Origin: Hypanus sabinus
Taxonomy: Eukaryota
Reading direction: 5' to 3'
DNA: 64,000 bases
NCBI RefSeq assembly: GCF_030144855.1
Contig: NC_082720.1
Span: 22,754,001 to 22,818,000, forward strand
The notes under the pieces are model-generated. The model saw only the letters and a list, made by a program, of their open reading frames with translations. It did not search any database and was not told where the DNA came from. The stretch's first letter is position 1. Every line of letters begins with the position of its first letter. The translations under genes were made by a program, and so were the position numbers. This document shows positions 1 to 12,200 of this stretch, one piece after another.

Positions 1-700
1 GATCAGAGTGATCTTGGGGTCCAAGTCCACAGGACACTCAAAGCAGCTGCGCTGGTTAACTCTGTGGTTAAAAAGGCATATGCTGTATTGGCCTTCATTA
101 ACTGTGTAATTGAATTTAGGAGCCGAGAGGTAATGTTGCAGTTAAATAGGACCCTGGTCAGACCCCACTTGGAGGACTGTGCTCAGTTCTGGTCACCTCA
201 CTAGAGGAAGGATGTGGAAGCCATAGAAAGGGTGCAGAGGAGATTTACAGGGATGTTTTCTGGACTGGGGAGCATGCCTTATGAAAACAGGTTGAGTGAA
301 CTCGGCCTTTTCTCCATGGAGTGACAGAGGATGAGAGGTGACCTGATAGACGTGTATAAGATGATGTGGATAGATCATGTGGATAGTCAGAAGCTTTTTC
401 CCAGGGCTGAAATGGTTGCCACAAGAGTACACAGGATTAAGGTGCAGGATTAGGTACAGAGGAAATGTCAAGAGTAAGGTTTTTACTCAGACAGTGATGA
501 GTGCATGGAATAGGCTGTTGGCATTGGTGGTGGAGGTGAATATAATAGGATCTTTTAAGAGACTTCTGGATAGGTACATGGAGCTTAGGAAAATAGAGGG
601 CTATGGGTGAGCTTAGTAATTTCTAAGGTAGGGACAAGTTCGGCACAACCTTGTGGGCCGAAGGGCCTGTATTGTGCTGTAGGTTTTCTATGTTTCTATT
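1..700 (+). mobile_element. CR1-type LINE 3' portion (decayed RT C-terminus and 3' tail)
   Basis: CR1 C-terminal coding remnants (ggtcagaccccacttggag..tgtgctcagttctggtcacc; VQRRFT-like), ending in a ttctatgtttctat tail at ~687-700. Confidence 0.85.
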
Positions 701-975
701 ATGAAACAGTCCAAGAATCTCCACACGGCAACAATAGCAGCCGCTAACTCCTCTCTGTAGATCACTTATAGTGTGTGATACATCTCCTTCCCCAATTCTA
801 CCACCAAGATGATAGCCCTGGGATGTTACAGAAGCTACTCTGTTTCCATTTGTTCTAACCAGTAACAATCCAGTGTTACAGATAGCACTGTCTGGCATGA
901 CAAGAGGGAGCACAACCACAGTCTGAAATCTTGTCCCTACACTGAGAAACTGATCGAGTTCCCAGCTGGGCAGAA
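701..975 (-). pseudogene. Decayed TIM-family IgV exon (copy 0), interrupted by CR1 in the FG loop
   Basis: Reads LVRTNGNRVASVTSQGYHLGGRIGEGDVSHTISDLQRGVSGCYCCRVEILGLF, clearly homologous to the intact IgV exons. The N-terminal half is frameshifted or deleted, and the CR1 tail abuts right after GLF. Confidence 0.8.
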
Positions 976-1139
976 TCTGAGGAATGCTATAGAAAATTTC
1001 TATCTATTCACTGGGCTGTTGACAGCTTACACATCCCCCACTTCTCAAATTTGTCTTCAGGCAGGTGGTGGCAATCAGCTTTCTTTAGTCCCTGCCTTTC
1101 CACATCAGACTTGACACATGGCCTTGGTGCCATTTCAGT

Positions 1140-1780
1140 GCTAATCTGTCACCAAAAACTGACATTCACCAGGCATTTGAGACGTTAACTGCTGCCATCA
1201 CCAAGCAAGAAACTGTCCACCACAATCACTGTCAGGAATTTCAATCAGGCTTATTTGAAGAAACCTCTGCCCAGTGATCGCCAGCATTTAACCTGCAGCA
1301 CCAGGGGCCCCAACCACTGTTACACTACGATTAGGAAAGCCTACTGTTCCATGCCTAGACTACATTTTGAGAAATCTGATCACTTGGTTGTCCTTCTCCT
1401 ACCTGCATACGGGCAGATTCTAAAGAGCAAAGCTCCAGTGATAAGCACAACAAAGAAGTTATCGCAGGAGGCAAAGGTGTGGCTACGGGATTGCTTCAAG
1501 TCAGTGGACTGGGCCATGTTCAAGGACTCAGCAAAAGATCTGAATGAATACACCACAGTGGTCACGGAGTTTATTAAAACAATTGTAGATGGGCATGTCC
1601 CCATAAAATCATTCCGAGTTTTCCCCAACCAGAAATGCTGGATGAACTTTGAGATCCACAATCTGCTGAGGGCTACTGTAGACCAGTGGCACTCAGGTCT
1701 GGTAAGTACAAGGTGTACAGTTACAATCCCTGGAAAGCCATCTCTTCTACGCTTGCTTTGGTTGTCAAAGTATTGAGGAA
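1140..1780 (+). mobile_element. Rex1/Babar-type LINE fragment (endonuclease C-half and linker)
   Basis: ORF 1255-1776: TCSTRGPN-HCYTTI..SDHLVVLLLPAY..DCFKSVDW..FPNQKCWMN, typical of Rex1/Babar APE and linker. Confidence 0.7.
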
Positions 1781-1789
1781 ACTTCACGA

Positions 1790-2290
1790 ACTCTCACAGC
1801 CTCTGATGACCCTATGATTTTTGTTCTTAGTATACTTATGGAATCTTCGATAATCTCCTTTATTTTATCAGCCAGAGATATCTCGTAGTCCCCTTCTAAT
1901 TTCATTCCCAAGTGTGCTCCTACATCCAATATACTCCTCCATAATAATTGCTTGAAGCAAGCTGCCTATACCTATCACTTGCCTCCTTCTTTTTCTGGAC
2001 CAGATCCTCCATATCCTTTATCACCAGGATCTCTAATTTTACCAGCTTTGTACATCACTCTAACAGGAACATGTTGGTGCTGAAATCCTCCTGTCACACA
2101 GTTAAGTGCCTCCCATTTGCCAGATGTCCCCTCACCTGCAAGCAGCCTCTGCCAATCAGCTTTTAAGAATTCCTGTCTGACACCATCAGAATAAACCTTA
2201 CCCCAGTTTATGACATTATATTGAATCATATCAAAAGCTAATATAATTATGGTCACTGATCACAAAGTGCTCCCCCACCACTGATCAAAT
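1790..2290 (-). mobile_element. CR1-type LINE internal fragment
   Basis: ORF 1975-2256 (VRQEFLKADWQRLLAG..KWEAL..QHVPVR) resembles the CR1 EN-RT linker. Confidence 0.6.
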
Positions 2291-2691
2291 CAGCCACTTT
2301 CCCACCTCATTTCCTATGAAGAGGTTGAGTCTAGCCCCTTCTCTAGAAAGGGAAGGAAATATTTTACCTATTTGTGTGTTTTGAGGAGGTGTTAGGTTAA
2401 TTAATGAAGATGGATGCTGTTTACTTCAACTTCAGTAAAGTGAATGGCAAGGTGCTTCAGAAGATTGAGGACCATGGGATTTACAGAGACCTGGCTACAC
2501 AATACTTTATTTAAGTTAAAGCCACCATAATTGTTAATGTTCTACACATGAACATTTAAATTGTAAGCAATTTCAAGGCTTCCTCGTTCACTTTGAAGAT
2601 TATAGTTCAATTGTGCAGTATACACAAATGAAAAAATATTGATGCCATTGTTTAGAGGATAAATTGTAATGCGGGGAAGATGCAGACTGAC

Positions 2692-2775
2692 CTGGGTAAG
2701 TAGATGGAGTAATGTCACGTCCATGGTCTGTAGACAAGGACTCAGTTGTGGTCGAAGGAGATGTTGTGCTGGTGG
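2692..2775 (-). CDS. Candidate TIM-family mucin-stalk exon (84 nt, phase 1-1)
   Basis: Acceptor ttttcttctgttacag, donor gtcagt, open frame (A)TSTTSPSTTTESLSTDHGRDITPSTYP, Thr/Ser/Pro-rich. Phase matches the phase-1 IgV donor, and the acceptor is homologous to those of the micro-exons at 31938 and 42629. Confidence 0.7.
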
Positions 2776-3289
2776 CTGTAACAGAAGAAAAGTTAATTTA
2801 CTTTCATGTCAGTGAACTAATTCATTTTTCTCAATCAATGACTCACGTAGAATTAAATGAGGGCTGGGTTAGATCTGGAGAACCAGTAAGTGTGACGGAT
2901 ATGCAGGTTCAAAGTGCCTTTCACATTTACACAATTAAACAAAAAAAATACATTGAATTTGCAGTGATACACAGGAATGCTCTTGTTACAGAAATAAAAC
3001 AGTGAAGTAAACAGATGGTCTTTGTCTTGGGAGTCAGTAGGTGCTGGGTCGAATGCAGTTCTATGGAGGACCCAGTTACTTACACTCTATTGGCTAGGAT
3101 GAGTGAAAATGGCAACGTGCTATGGGTGGCTTACAAAACTGCAAAATATACTTCTGAATGACTCTCACTGCAATCTGCAGACCAAAATTTCCCTTTAACA
3201 TAATTTTGGACCATTTTGAAGAATTAGTAATCTCATGATCTTCTGAAGGACTCAGAGGACTTAACTCTGAAGCAGGCAGGTACGGCATC

Positions 3290-3550
3290 TTTAAGCGGAC
3301 AAAGGTAGATCACCATGGTTGGAAGAGAGGGAGGAGTGGAAGACTCTAAGCTAGAGTGAAACGTCAGGGCATGAAATTTACTCTACCTGGTATACTGTTA
3401 GCAAATGTAGAGTCAATGGAGAACAAGATTGAGGACCTAAGGATAAGATTACTGTATCAGAGGGAAATGAGGAATTGTCACATTCTCTTTTTCATTGAGA
3501 CAAGGCTTACTTCAGACATACTGGATAAATCAGTAAGACCTAATGACTTC
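3290..3550 (+). mobile_element. Rex1/Babar-type LINE endonuclease N-terminus (left half, split by L1 insertion)
   Basis: LPGILLANVESMENKIEDL..RNCHILFFIETRL..SVRPNDF. It continues at 17241 as PDDFSIHRMDQ. Confidence 0.7.
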
Positions 3551-3999
3551 ACTTTTTTTTTGTAATTTATTTTTTTTATCGAAGTTCATCATCAAACAAA
3601 CATTTCATTAAGATGTATTTCAGACATTGTACATATATATCATATAATCATATATATCACAAATCTCCACAAAGTATTTATCTGAGGTATACACTTATAG
3701 AAAAGAATGGAAAGAAAAAACAAGCAAAAGGAAAGAACTATGTACAAGTAGGGAGTGATCTTTTTTTTTACAACAGATTCATTGATTTGTGAGAATAAAA
3801 TCAGGCCTATGAGGCATTATGTAGTTAAACCATTTTTCCCAGTATGTCTCAAATTGTTCCAGCTCATGGTTAACAGATGCTGTTACCTTCCCCATTTTGT
3901 AAATGTCCATTGTAATTTCCATCCATGTATTTAAATTTGGGCTCTCTTGTGGTAACCATTTCCTAGTAAGAGTCTTTTTATCAGCCACCAACAGTATTC

Positions 4000-4838
4000 T
4001 GTTACAAACCCTGTAACTAGGTGTCTTACCGGCAAAGATAGGAGTTTCCATTGAAGTCTGATGATGCTATTTTTAACAGTATTTAATAGTAAAAATACAC
4101 AAAAATATTATCAATGCAAATATACAGATAATATACGACATCAATACTAAACCTAAAAGTGCGGGTATAATAATAATCAATAAGAAATAAGCTCTATCGT
4201 TGTCTAGGGGATAATGAATTGTCCGATGGAAATATAAAGTTCAGTTCAGTTCATACAGGCTGCAGTAGTTGTTGTTCACTGTGTTGCAATTGTTGGAGAG
4301 AGAGATAGAGAGAGAGAATAATAGCTATTAACTTGCCGACTTTCCTTTTATGATCTTGATCTGTCTCCATCCTTTAGCTAGACTGTTCCATTGAGGACTC
4401 GTCACCCAGGCAAGGGTGGACACACACACAAGCCCCCACCAGTCTCGTAGCATCTCTCCTGGTGTGTCTGAGGGGAGTTCCCCAGACCCTACTTTTATCC
4501 CCACTCACGGGGTCTCAGGTATCAATCAGGTTGGGATGATGCAATCCCTCAACCAGACCACTCTGGTTGCCCCCTGAGGGGTTTCAATGAATAGAACAAT
4601 AAACAATATACAATTCCTTCTCCAAGAGACAATAGCAGTAATCTCTCTCTTCATCAATAGGAGACATTCCAACCTGTGCTGTGCCTCTCTCTCATAAATT
4701 TGTATGAGCTGCTTATCTCTCTCATTTCCTTTGATAACAGCATTGGAATAGTAGCAATTTGTGATTCTCCAAAGTGGGGGGGGGGCATTGGCGATTCTGT
4801 ACCCTTCTGCCCATCAGACTTGCTCCTCATTCGTAACA
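4000..4838 (-). repeat. 3' LTR of element A
   Basis: tgttac...cgtaaca; direct repeat of 8379-9215. Confidence 0.9.
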
Positions 4839-6346
4839 TCCTCATCCTTCTAAAATTTTTACCACAGGGAAAAATTAACTAATACAGAGTCTTACAGAAT
4901 TTCAGAATCTAACACAATACAAAAGAGTTTTTCACTACAGAGTAATACAGTTATACATTCAATTTAGCATCTAAACATTTAGCGATTACATTGTCACTTC
5001 CTTTAATATCTTAATATCTTGTACCTAATAAAATTCCTGTAGCATCAGACTCCAATTTAATAACCACTTATTTTTTTATTCCTTTTCTTCAGCAAAACAA
5101 AACTAAAGAGTTGTGATCTTAGCTTGTGTGTATATTATAAAAGTTTAAGCAAATACTAATCTTTATTTTACTTTCAAACTTAACAGTCAATCTTCCATGG
5201 TGTTGTCTTTATTATTTACATGCTTTGTCGAAATCCCTCAAAACCGGATCCTGTTATTTAAAGAGGCATTTCATCAATCTTCGCCCCTTTTCCACTTAAC
5301 GCTCACATGGTTAGCTTGCTCACCAGTGTGGAATAGGCTTTTGCATGCTCCTTTCACAGGAGTTATGTTATCAACAATGTTTTCCAAACTTAGCCCATCT
5401 TCTGAACTTCCACACAATTCTTTATTTTTAAGCAAGTCATTAGTTTTATCTTCAGGACCCTTCATTCTATTAGTTTTTAGTTTAATATCTGCAAGCGATC
5501 CCTCTTTGTCCAAACAACATTTCAAATTCTGCCTCTTCATAGCACATCTTTGAATAACATTAGCAAGTGGGGTACCTTTACATTCCAAATCAAACTGTAA
5601 TTGATTCGCAGGCACCGTGTTAACAAGCCATTGTTCCTTCAGCCTGGTTACTGCTTTTGACACCAATCCAGACTTTAAATTTTCTTCATTCAATTTAGGA
5701 ACTACACTTTTCCCTTCTCCTTCAATAATAATATCCATATCACCACCTTTTATTTCCTCACTAACTTTTAACACACCTTATAACCCAAACAACTGGGAAT
5801 TCCTACTTCCCACTAGTACCAAGGTTAACCCTTTCTTCACTGAACCAGGTCCACCTGACCCAAAAGGACTGCATTCCTTTTCAACTAAATCAGATACCTC
5901 AGACTTTTCCTGAGTTTCATTACTAGGTTCAGTACCATGTGCAACCACATCTTGAACACACTCAGACGGGACATTTGCCTCTTCCAGTCTTTCAATACCC
6001 GTCAAATTCTAAGTTCCCCTGATCCTCCCAGTTACTCTCTGGGCAACTCCCTTCCGGAGTAAACTCAACCCTGTGGGCTGAAACAGCCTCATCTGCCAAC
6101 CCAGCAGACTCCTTCAAGGTAATGGCATCCTTTTCATCTAGGACTGCCCTTATTTCATTATCGGGAACACATTTAAATTCTTCAAACAGTTCTGTCAAGC
6201 CAGACAGATCATCCATGTTCAACCCTGGACCTTCTAACAGCCTTATCTGTTTCTCATTTTCACTCCGTGCCTCTATAAATTCCCTCCTGGTTAAGGGTAG
6301 GTCTACCTCCTCTCCTTTACTCTCTTTCACCTCCCTATTCTCCGTT

Positions 6347-8266
6347 TTACCACCCCCCCAATCCGTCTTGGTACAGGGTCAGTAAGAACGTCTCAGCCAA
6401 ATCAACACAGGACTCATTTAAACTGGTCTCTTTCTCAGCTGCCTTTCTCGACATGCTGCGAGTGATCGTGCATGCGGGATAGATCTTGGAACCTAGGGGC
6501 AGGACCTCAACACTTACAGGCTTGCTCGTCAGCTTCAGTGCTGCACACACGTCACCACCAGCTAAATTGTTACCAAGAAGGACATCCATGCCTTCTCTTG
6601 GGAATTCTGATCACACCCCTATTTCAACTGGTCCAGATACCAGATCACAATTTATAATGATCCTATGCAAGGGCACAGCTTCTGTCACTTTTCCTATGCC
6701 TCTCAAAACTACCTCTCCCGTCTCAGGACTAAAATCTAGTACCTTACTGAGAATCAATGACTGCTCAGCTCCAGTATCTCTCCAGATCCGCACTGGAACT
6801 GGTGTTTCTCCCTCTTTCTCAGACACGGTCCCTTCTGAAATAAATTTCTCATGCCCCTCTCGTATTTTATCTACCTGGGGCTTTCTCGTTGATTTGCTGA
6901 TCGACTCAATACAGCCTGTAGGGACTGCTGCTTTCCCTTTTCCTGTCTCCTTCCTCAGAGCAAAGCACTTAGATGCAATATGACACACCGTTTCACAATT
7001 AAAACTGGTCAAGCCAGGAAACCTCTTGCCATCTTGCCTTTCTTCCTCCTTACTTTTACCACTAGCTCCCGGCTGAATCTCTGCCTCAGCCGGCGGGCTT
7101 TCTCTACCATTCCTACCATCTTTCTGGTAACTCTTATTCAAGGAAAACTTTGTCTTGTGGGTTAGGGCATATTCATCTGCGAACCTGGCAAATTCGGATA
7201 TGGACTTATTCGGCTTCTCGTTCAAGTACATCTGAATATCATCCGAAACACAACCTTTAAATTCCTCAATCAGAATTAACTCTCTGAAACACTGAAAATC
7301 CTCTTCCACCCTTTCTGCCGCACACCAACGATCCAAGAGCACACCCTTCTCATAGGCAAACTCTGCATACATCTGATTCCACACTTCCTTTAAATCTCTG
7401 AACTTTTGTCTATAGGCCTCAGGTACCAACTCGTAGTACCGAAGAATGGCCTGTTTTACTTCCTCGTAATTCTCATACTCCCCCTCCTCCACAGACAATG
7501 CCGCATATGCCCGTTGTGCCTTCCCTTTTAACACACTTTGTAACAGCGCCACCCACCGATCTCTGGGCCACTTCTGATTCACTGCCACCTTTTCAAAATG
7601 CAAGAAATAACTATCAACATCCGGCTCCTTGAACGGAGGTACTAACCTAAACTCCCTACTAACATTAAATCTCTCCTCTCGGTCTGCCCCTTGAGCTCTT
7701 CGCTCTTGCCTTAACTTCTCCATGTCCAGCTCATGCTACCTCTGTTTCTCCTTCTCCCTTTCAGTTCTTTCCTTCTCCCTTTCCTCTGCTTCCAGCTGTT
7801 TTAACCTACGTTCATGCTCCCTCTGGTTTTCAGCTCTTTCCTTCTCCTTTTCAGCTCTAACTCCTTTAGCTGGAGCTCATACTCCCTTTTCGCCTCTAAC
7901 TCCTTTAGCTGGAGCTCATACTCCCTTTTCCTCTGTTCCGCATCCAGCCTCAATTTCTCCAACTCTGACTGAGCCGTCCCAATAGCTGGTACCTTTTAGA
8001 CAATAGACAATAGGTGCAGAAGTAGACCATTCGGCCCCTGGAGTCTGCACCGACTGGGATATTTCTAGGATATTGTCCAATACCTCAGCCGAAAACACAT
8101 TTGTCTCAATATAATACTGAGTTATGGCCCTCCACATCTCCCACTTTTTCACTGACAACCTCACCTCTGCGAGATTTAGTCCTTTCGCAATATTTACCAA
8201 GTCCATTTTTGTGGCCCCCTCTAGCGCCTTCAAAGTCGGGTTTTGTGTAACTTCGTCTCTGTCCAT
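6347..8266 (-). pseudogene. Retrotransposon gag (SCAN-like capsid, CCHC remnant) and aspartic protease, disrupted
   Basis: LVPPFKEPDVDSYFLHFEKVA..WP..LKGKAQRAY..YEEVKQAIL..PEAYRQKFR; FNCETVCHIASKC; RDTGAEQSLIL; in-frame TGA at 6611-6613, then DVLLGNNLAGG. Confidence 0.85.
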
Positions 8267-8378
8267 CTTTGCTAGCTTCTCGTCTGGTTACCCGTGCAAC
8301 CAGATCCAAGTCTGGACTTAAAAGCCCGATTCAGTGGCCCTCCAATTTGGTATCAAATCTCGAGATGAGGCCCCAAGT

Positions 8379-9215
8379 TGTTACGAACCCCGTAACTGGG
8401 TATCTTACCAGCAAAGATAGGAGTATCCGTTGAAGTCTGATGATACTATTTTCAACAGTATTTATTAGTAAAAATACACAAAAATAATATCAATGCAGAT
8501 ATACAGATAATCTACGACATCAATACTAAACCTAAAAGTGCGGGTATAATAATAATCAATATGAAATAAGCTCTATCGTTGTCTAGGGGATAATGAATTA
8601 TCCAATGGAAATATAAAGTTCAGTTCAGTTCATACAGGCTGCAGTAGTTGTTGTTCACTGTGTTGCAATTGTTGGAGAGAGAGAAAGAGAGAGAGAATAA
8701 CAGCTATTAACTTGCCAACTTTCCTTTTATGATCTTGATCTGTCTCCGTCCTTTAGCTAGACCGTTCCCTGGAGGACTCATCACCCAGGCAAGGGTGGAC
8801 ACACACACAAGCCCCCACTGGTCTCGTAGTGTCTCTCCTCGTGCGTCTGAGGGGTGTTCCCCAGACCCTACTTTTATCCCCACTCACGGGGTCTCAGGTG
8901 TCAATCAAGTTGGGATGATGCAATCCCTCAACCAGACCACTCTGGTGGCCCCCTGAGGGGTTTCAATGAATAGAACAGTACTCAATACACGATTCCTTCT
9001 CCAAGAGACAATAGCAGTAATCTCTCTCTTTGTCAATAGGAGACATTCCAACCTGTGCTGTGCCTCTCTCTCATAAATTTGTATGAGCTGTTTATCTCTC
9101 TCATTTCCTTTGTTAACAGCATCGGAATAGTATCAATTTGCGATAATGCTAAGGGGGGGGGGCATTGGCGATTCTGTACCCTTCTGCCCATCAGAGTTGC
9201 TCCTCATTCGTAACA
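8379..9215 (-). repeat. 5' LTR of element A
   Basis: tgttacg...cgtaaca; PBS immediately internal. Confidence 0.9.
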
Positions 9216-12200
9216 ATATTTATCTCTTTTCAACCATTCTTGACGTATATGTCCAAAATATATGGTCTTACTCTCTAAAGGTATTATATACTTAAAGATG
9301 TCTTGTAGGGCATTGTGTATCCCCTCCAATAGTTTTTGACCACAGGGCAATCCCAAAAAATATGATAATGATTTGCATTTTGATTTCCACAATTTTTCCA
9401 GCAAACAGGGAGGTTCATATCATAATGGGATTTCTGAGAGGGTGCAATAAAATATCTTATCAAGTTTTTTCATCCAAACTCCCTCCATTTCTGTGAACTG
9501 GTACACTTCCATTGATATCTCCATATTCTCGTCCATTCTTCCTCAGATATAATTATCCCTCCTTCCTTCTCCCATTTTGTTTTAATGTATGAAGTCAAAT
9601 GTGTTTTAAGATTTGACAACCACTTATACATGCTTGAAATGGTTCTACCACCATTATCTGAATTATATGCTTTTCTACAGAGCTCTATTAAGCATGTATT
9701 TGCCTTGGTTACAATTTTAAATGTCTTATTAACATATTGTCGCATCTGCAAATACTGATAAAAATCTTGTTTTTCTAATGTGTTTCTCTTTAAGCATTTC
9801 AAAACTGAACAGTGTTCCTTCTTTCACTATGTTGCAAAGAACTGTTATTCCTTTAGTTGTCCAGTCCTTAAATCTAGCATCCAAATTATTTGGCGTAAAA
9901 TCCGAGTCATATGCACACCATTTAAGAATTGCAATATCTTCCTTTAGATTATATTCTTTAATAGTAATTTCCCATATATTAAGAGTCAATTTCACCCATG
10001 GGTTATCAATAGTATAACATACCTTTGCAGGTTGTTACCAGCCAAAATTGCTTGTATGGGGATGGGAATTACCTGCTCCTCAATGTTTTTCCATTGAGTG
10101 TCATATGATGGGTTACACCAACATATCACAGCTCTCAATTGTGCTGAAAAATAATAATCTCTAAGAGAAGGCAAGCCCCATTCCCCCTTTTCCTTTGCTA
10201 ATTGCAAAGTTTTGAGACAAACTCTAGGCTTTTTATCCTGCCAAATATACCTTGATAGCATCTTGTTCCATTCATTAAATTGATTTTGATTAATCTCTAT
10301 TGGTCGGGTCTGAAAGAGATAAAACAGTCTGGGCAGTATATTCATTTTAATAGACTCAATCCTTGAACTGAGACTGAAAAAAGGAATCAGGTTCCGTCTT
10401 GGCACATCTTCCTTAATTTTTTTATATAAAGGCTGATAATTACATTCTGATAATTTTGCCAAATCTTTTGGCATAATGATGCCCAAATATTTGAAAGACT
10501 CTGTGTGCCATGCCCAGGGATATCAACTTTCAATTTCTCTTGGTGGGCTATAGTAATATGAAAATGATTGGGTTTTATCTATGTTGATCTTGTATGCTGA
10601 TAATTGACCATAGTGTTCAAAGGATTGCATCAATTTAGGTAAAGAGTATGTTGGTTGCCCTATAGATCAAAATGTCATCCGCATAACAAGCCATTTTATG
10701 CTCTGTCCCTTTAATAGTAATTCCCCTGATATCTTCATTTTGTCTGATGTATTGAGCTAATGGTTCCAGATATAATGCGAAGAGTAGTGGTGACCATGCA
10801 CAACCTTGTCTCGTGCCCCTTTCTAGGGTAAGACTATTTGATAAATACCCATTGATCTTAATCCTAGCAGTAGGATTGTCATATAATGTCTGTATAGTTT
10901 CAATAATTATGTCTTGGAAACAAATCTAATATGTAATATAATGTAATAGGTTATGTAAATAACCTATAATCTACATTAAAAACGGATATTTGTCTAAATG
11001 ACCCGTATTCCATTTTATCCTTGCCTTCTTTCTGTATAGCTGTGATTATCACTTCCTTCTAACTGGGTGGCATTTGTGCCTTTTTAGAGCCCAGTTCACT
11101 GTGGGGAGTAAAACAGGAATTAACTCATTTTTAAATTCTTTGTACCACTCTGCCATATACCCACCTGATCCTGGTGACTTGGTTAATTTAAGCCTACTAA
11201 TTGCAGCTTTTAATTCAACTTCAGTTGTGTCAGCAGTCATCGTTCTATTTTGTTCTTTGCTTAAAGTGGGTAACTCTAGAGAATTCAAGAAGGTGTCAAT
11301 TTGGGTTATGCTACCCCCTGGAACTTTGGAATATAGAGTTTTGTAAAACACTTCAAAAGCTTCTTGAATTTCACTTAGCTTATTTTTTATTATTTTCGTT
11401 CTTGTGTCCCTAATTCTATGAATTGTATTTTCTGCTATCTTTTTTTCCAGTTTCAATGCCAGTATTTTCATAGATTTCGATCCACTTTCATAATGTCTCT
11501 GTTTCAGGAACATTGTTTTTCCTGATTTCTTGCATAGCCAAATTATTTATTTCATTCCTAATTCTTTTAATTTCCCCTAATGTATCTTGTGCCAACTTCA
11601 ATTTGTGTTTTTTCTCTAGTTCCTTCAGCCTATTTTGTAATTCCTCTAATGTTTTATTCTTTATTTTTTTCTTATATGAAGATATCGCTATAATTTTCCC
11701 TCTTAAGACCGCCTTCAGAGTATCCCATAAAATGGGAGGTGAAACCTCTCCATTATCATTAAATTCTAAGTAGAGACCAATTTCGTTTTTAATTTGTTCC
11801 TTAAAGTACAGATCATTGAGTAGACTTGAATTTAGTTTCCAAATAGTATTCTTTGATTGTAGGTCAAAATCAACAGATAAATATATAGGTGCATGGTCAC
11901 TTACATCTATTGTCCCAATTCCACAGGTGTTTATTTTGTCTTTGTCTTTTCCAAATGTTATGAAATAGTTTATTCTTGTATATATGGAATGGGGAGCAGA
12001 ATAATGAGTGTAATCCCTTCTGTCAGGGAAAAGGTCCTTCCATATATCAATTAAACCAACATCCTCAAAAAGTGTATTGACTTTCTTATGTAAAGATTTT
12101 GTTTCATAGGTTTTTGTGTTGGAAGAGTCTAAGTTTGGTTGTAATTGTAAATTTAAGTCTCCCCCACATATCAGGAGACCTTCTGTTTCCGTTACCATAA

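Larger units (their letters stand above)
4000..9215 (-). mobile_element. Non-autonomous Gmr1-like Ty3/Gypsy LTR retrotransposon (element A)
   Basis: LTRs 4000-4838 and 8379-9215 with TG..CA ends; polypurine tract next to 4838; tRNA-Pro-like PBS at ~8355-8375; gag with SCAN-like segment, knuckle remnant and DTGA protease; no RT, RNase H or integrase core seen. Confidence 0.88.

Noticed and set aside
3084-3130. Second mucin-like exon (ATHSTLPFSLILANR) with gtaagt donor
   Set aside because: In-frame TAA after the best acceptor, and the length is not phase-symmetric.
7855-7930. 39-bp tandem duplication
   Set aside because: Ordinary expansion of the Gag coiled-coil repeat (KREYELQLKELEA).
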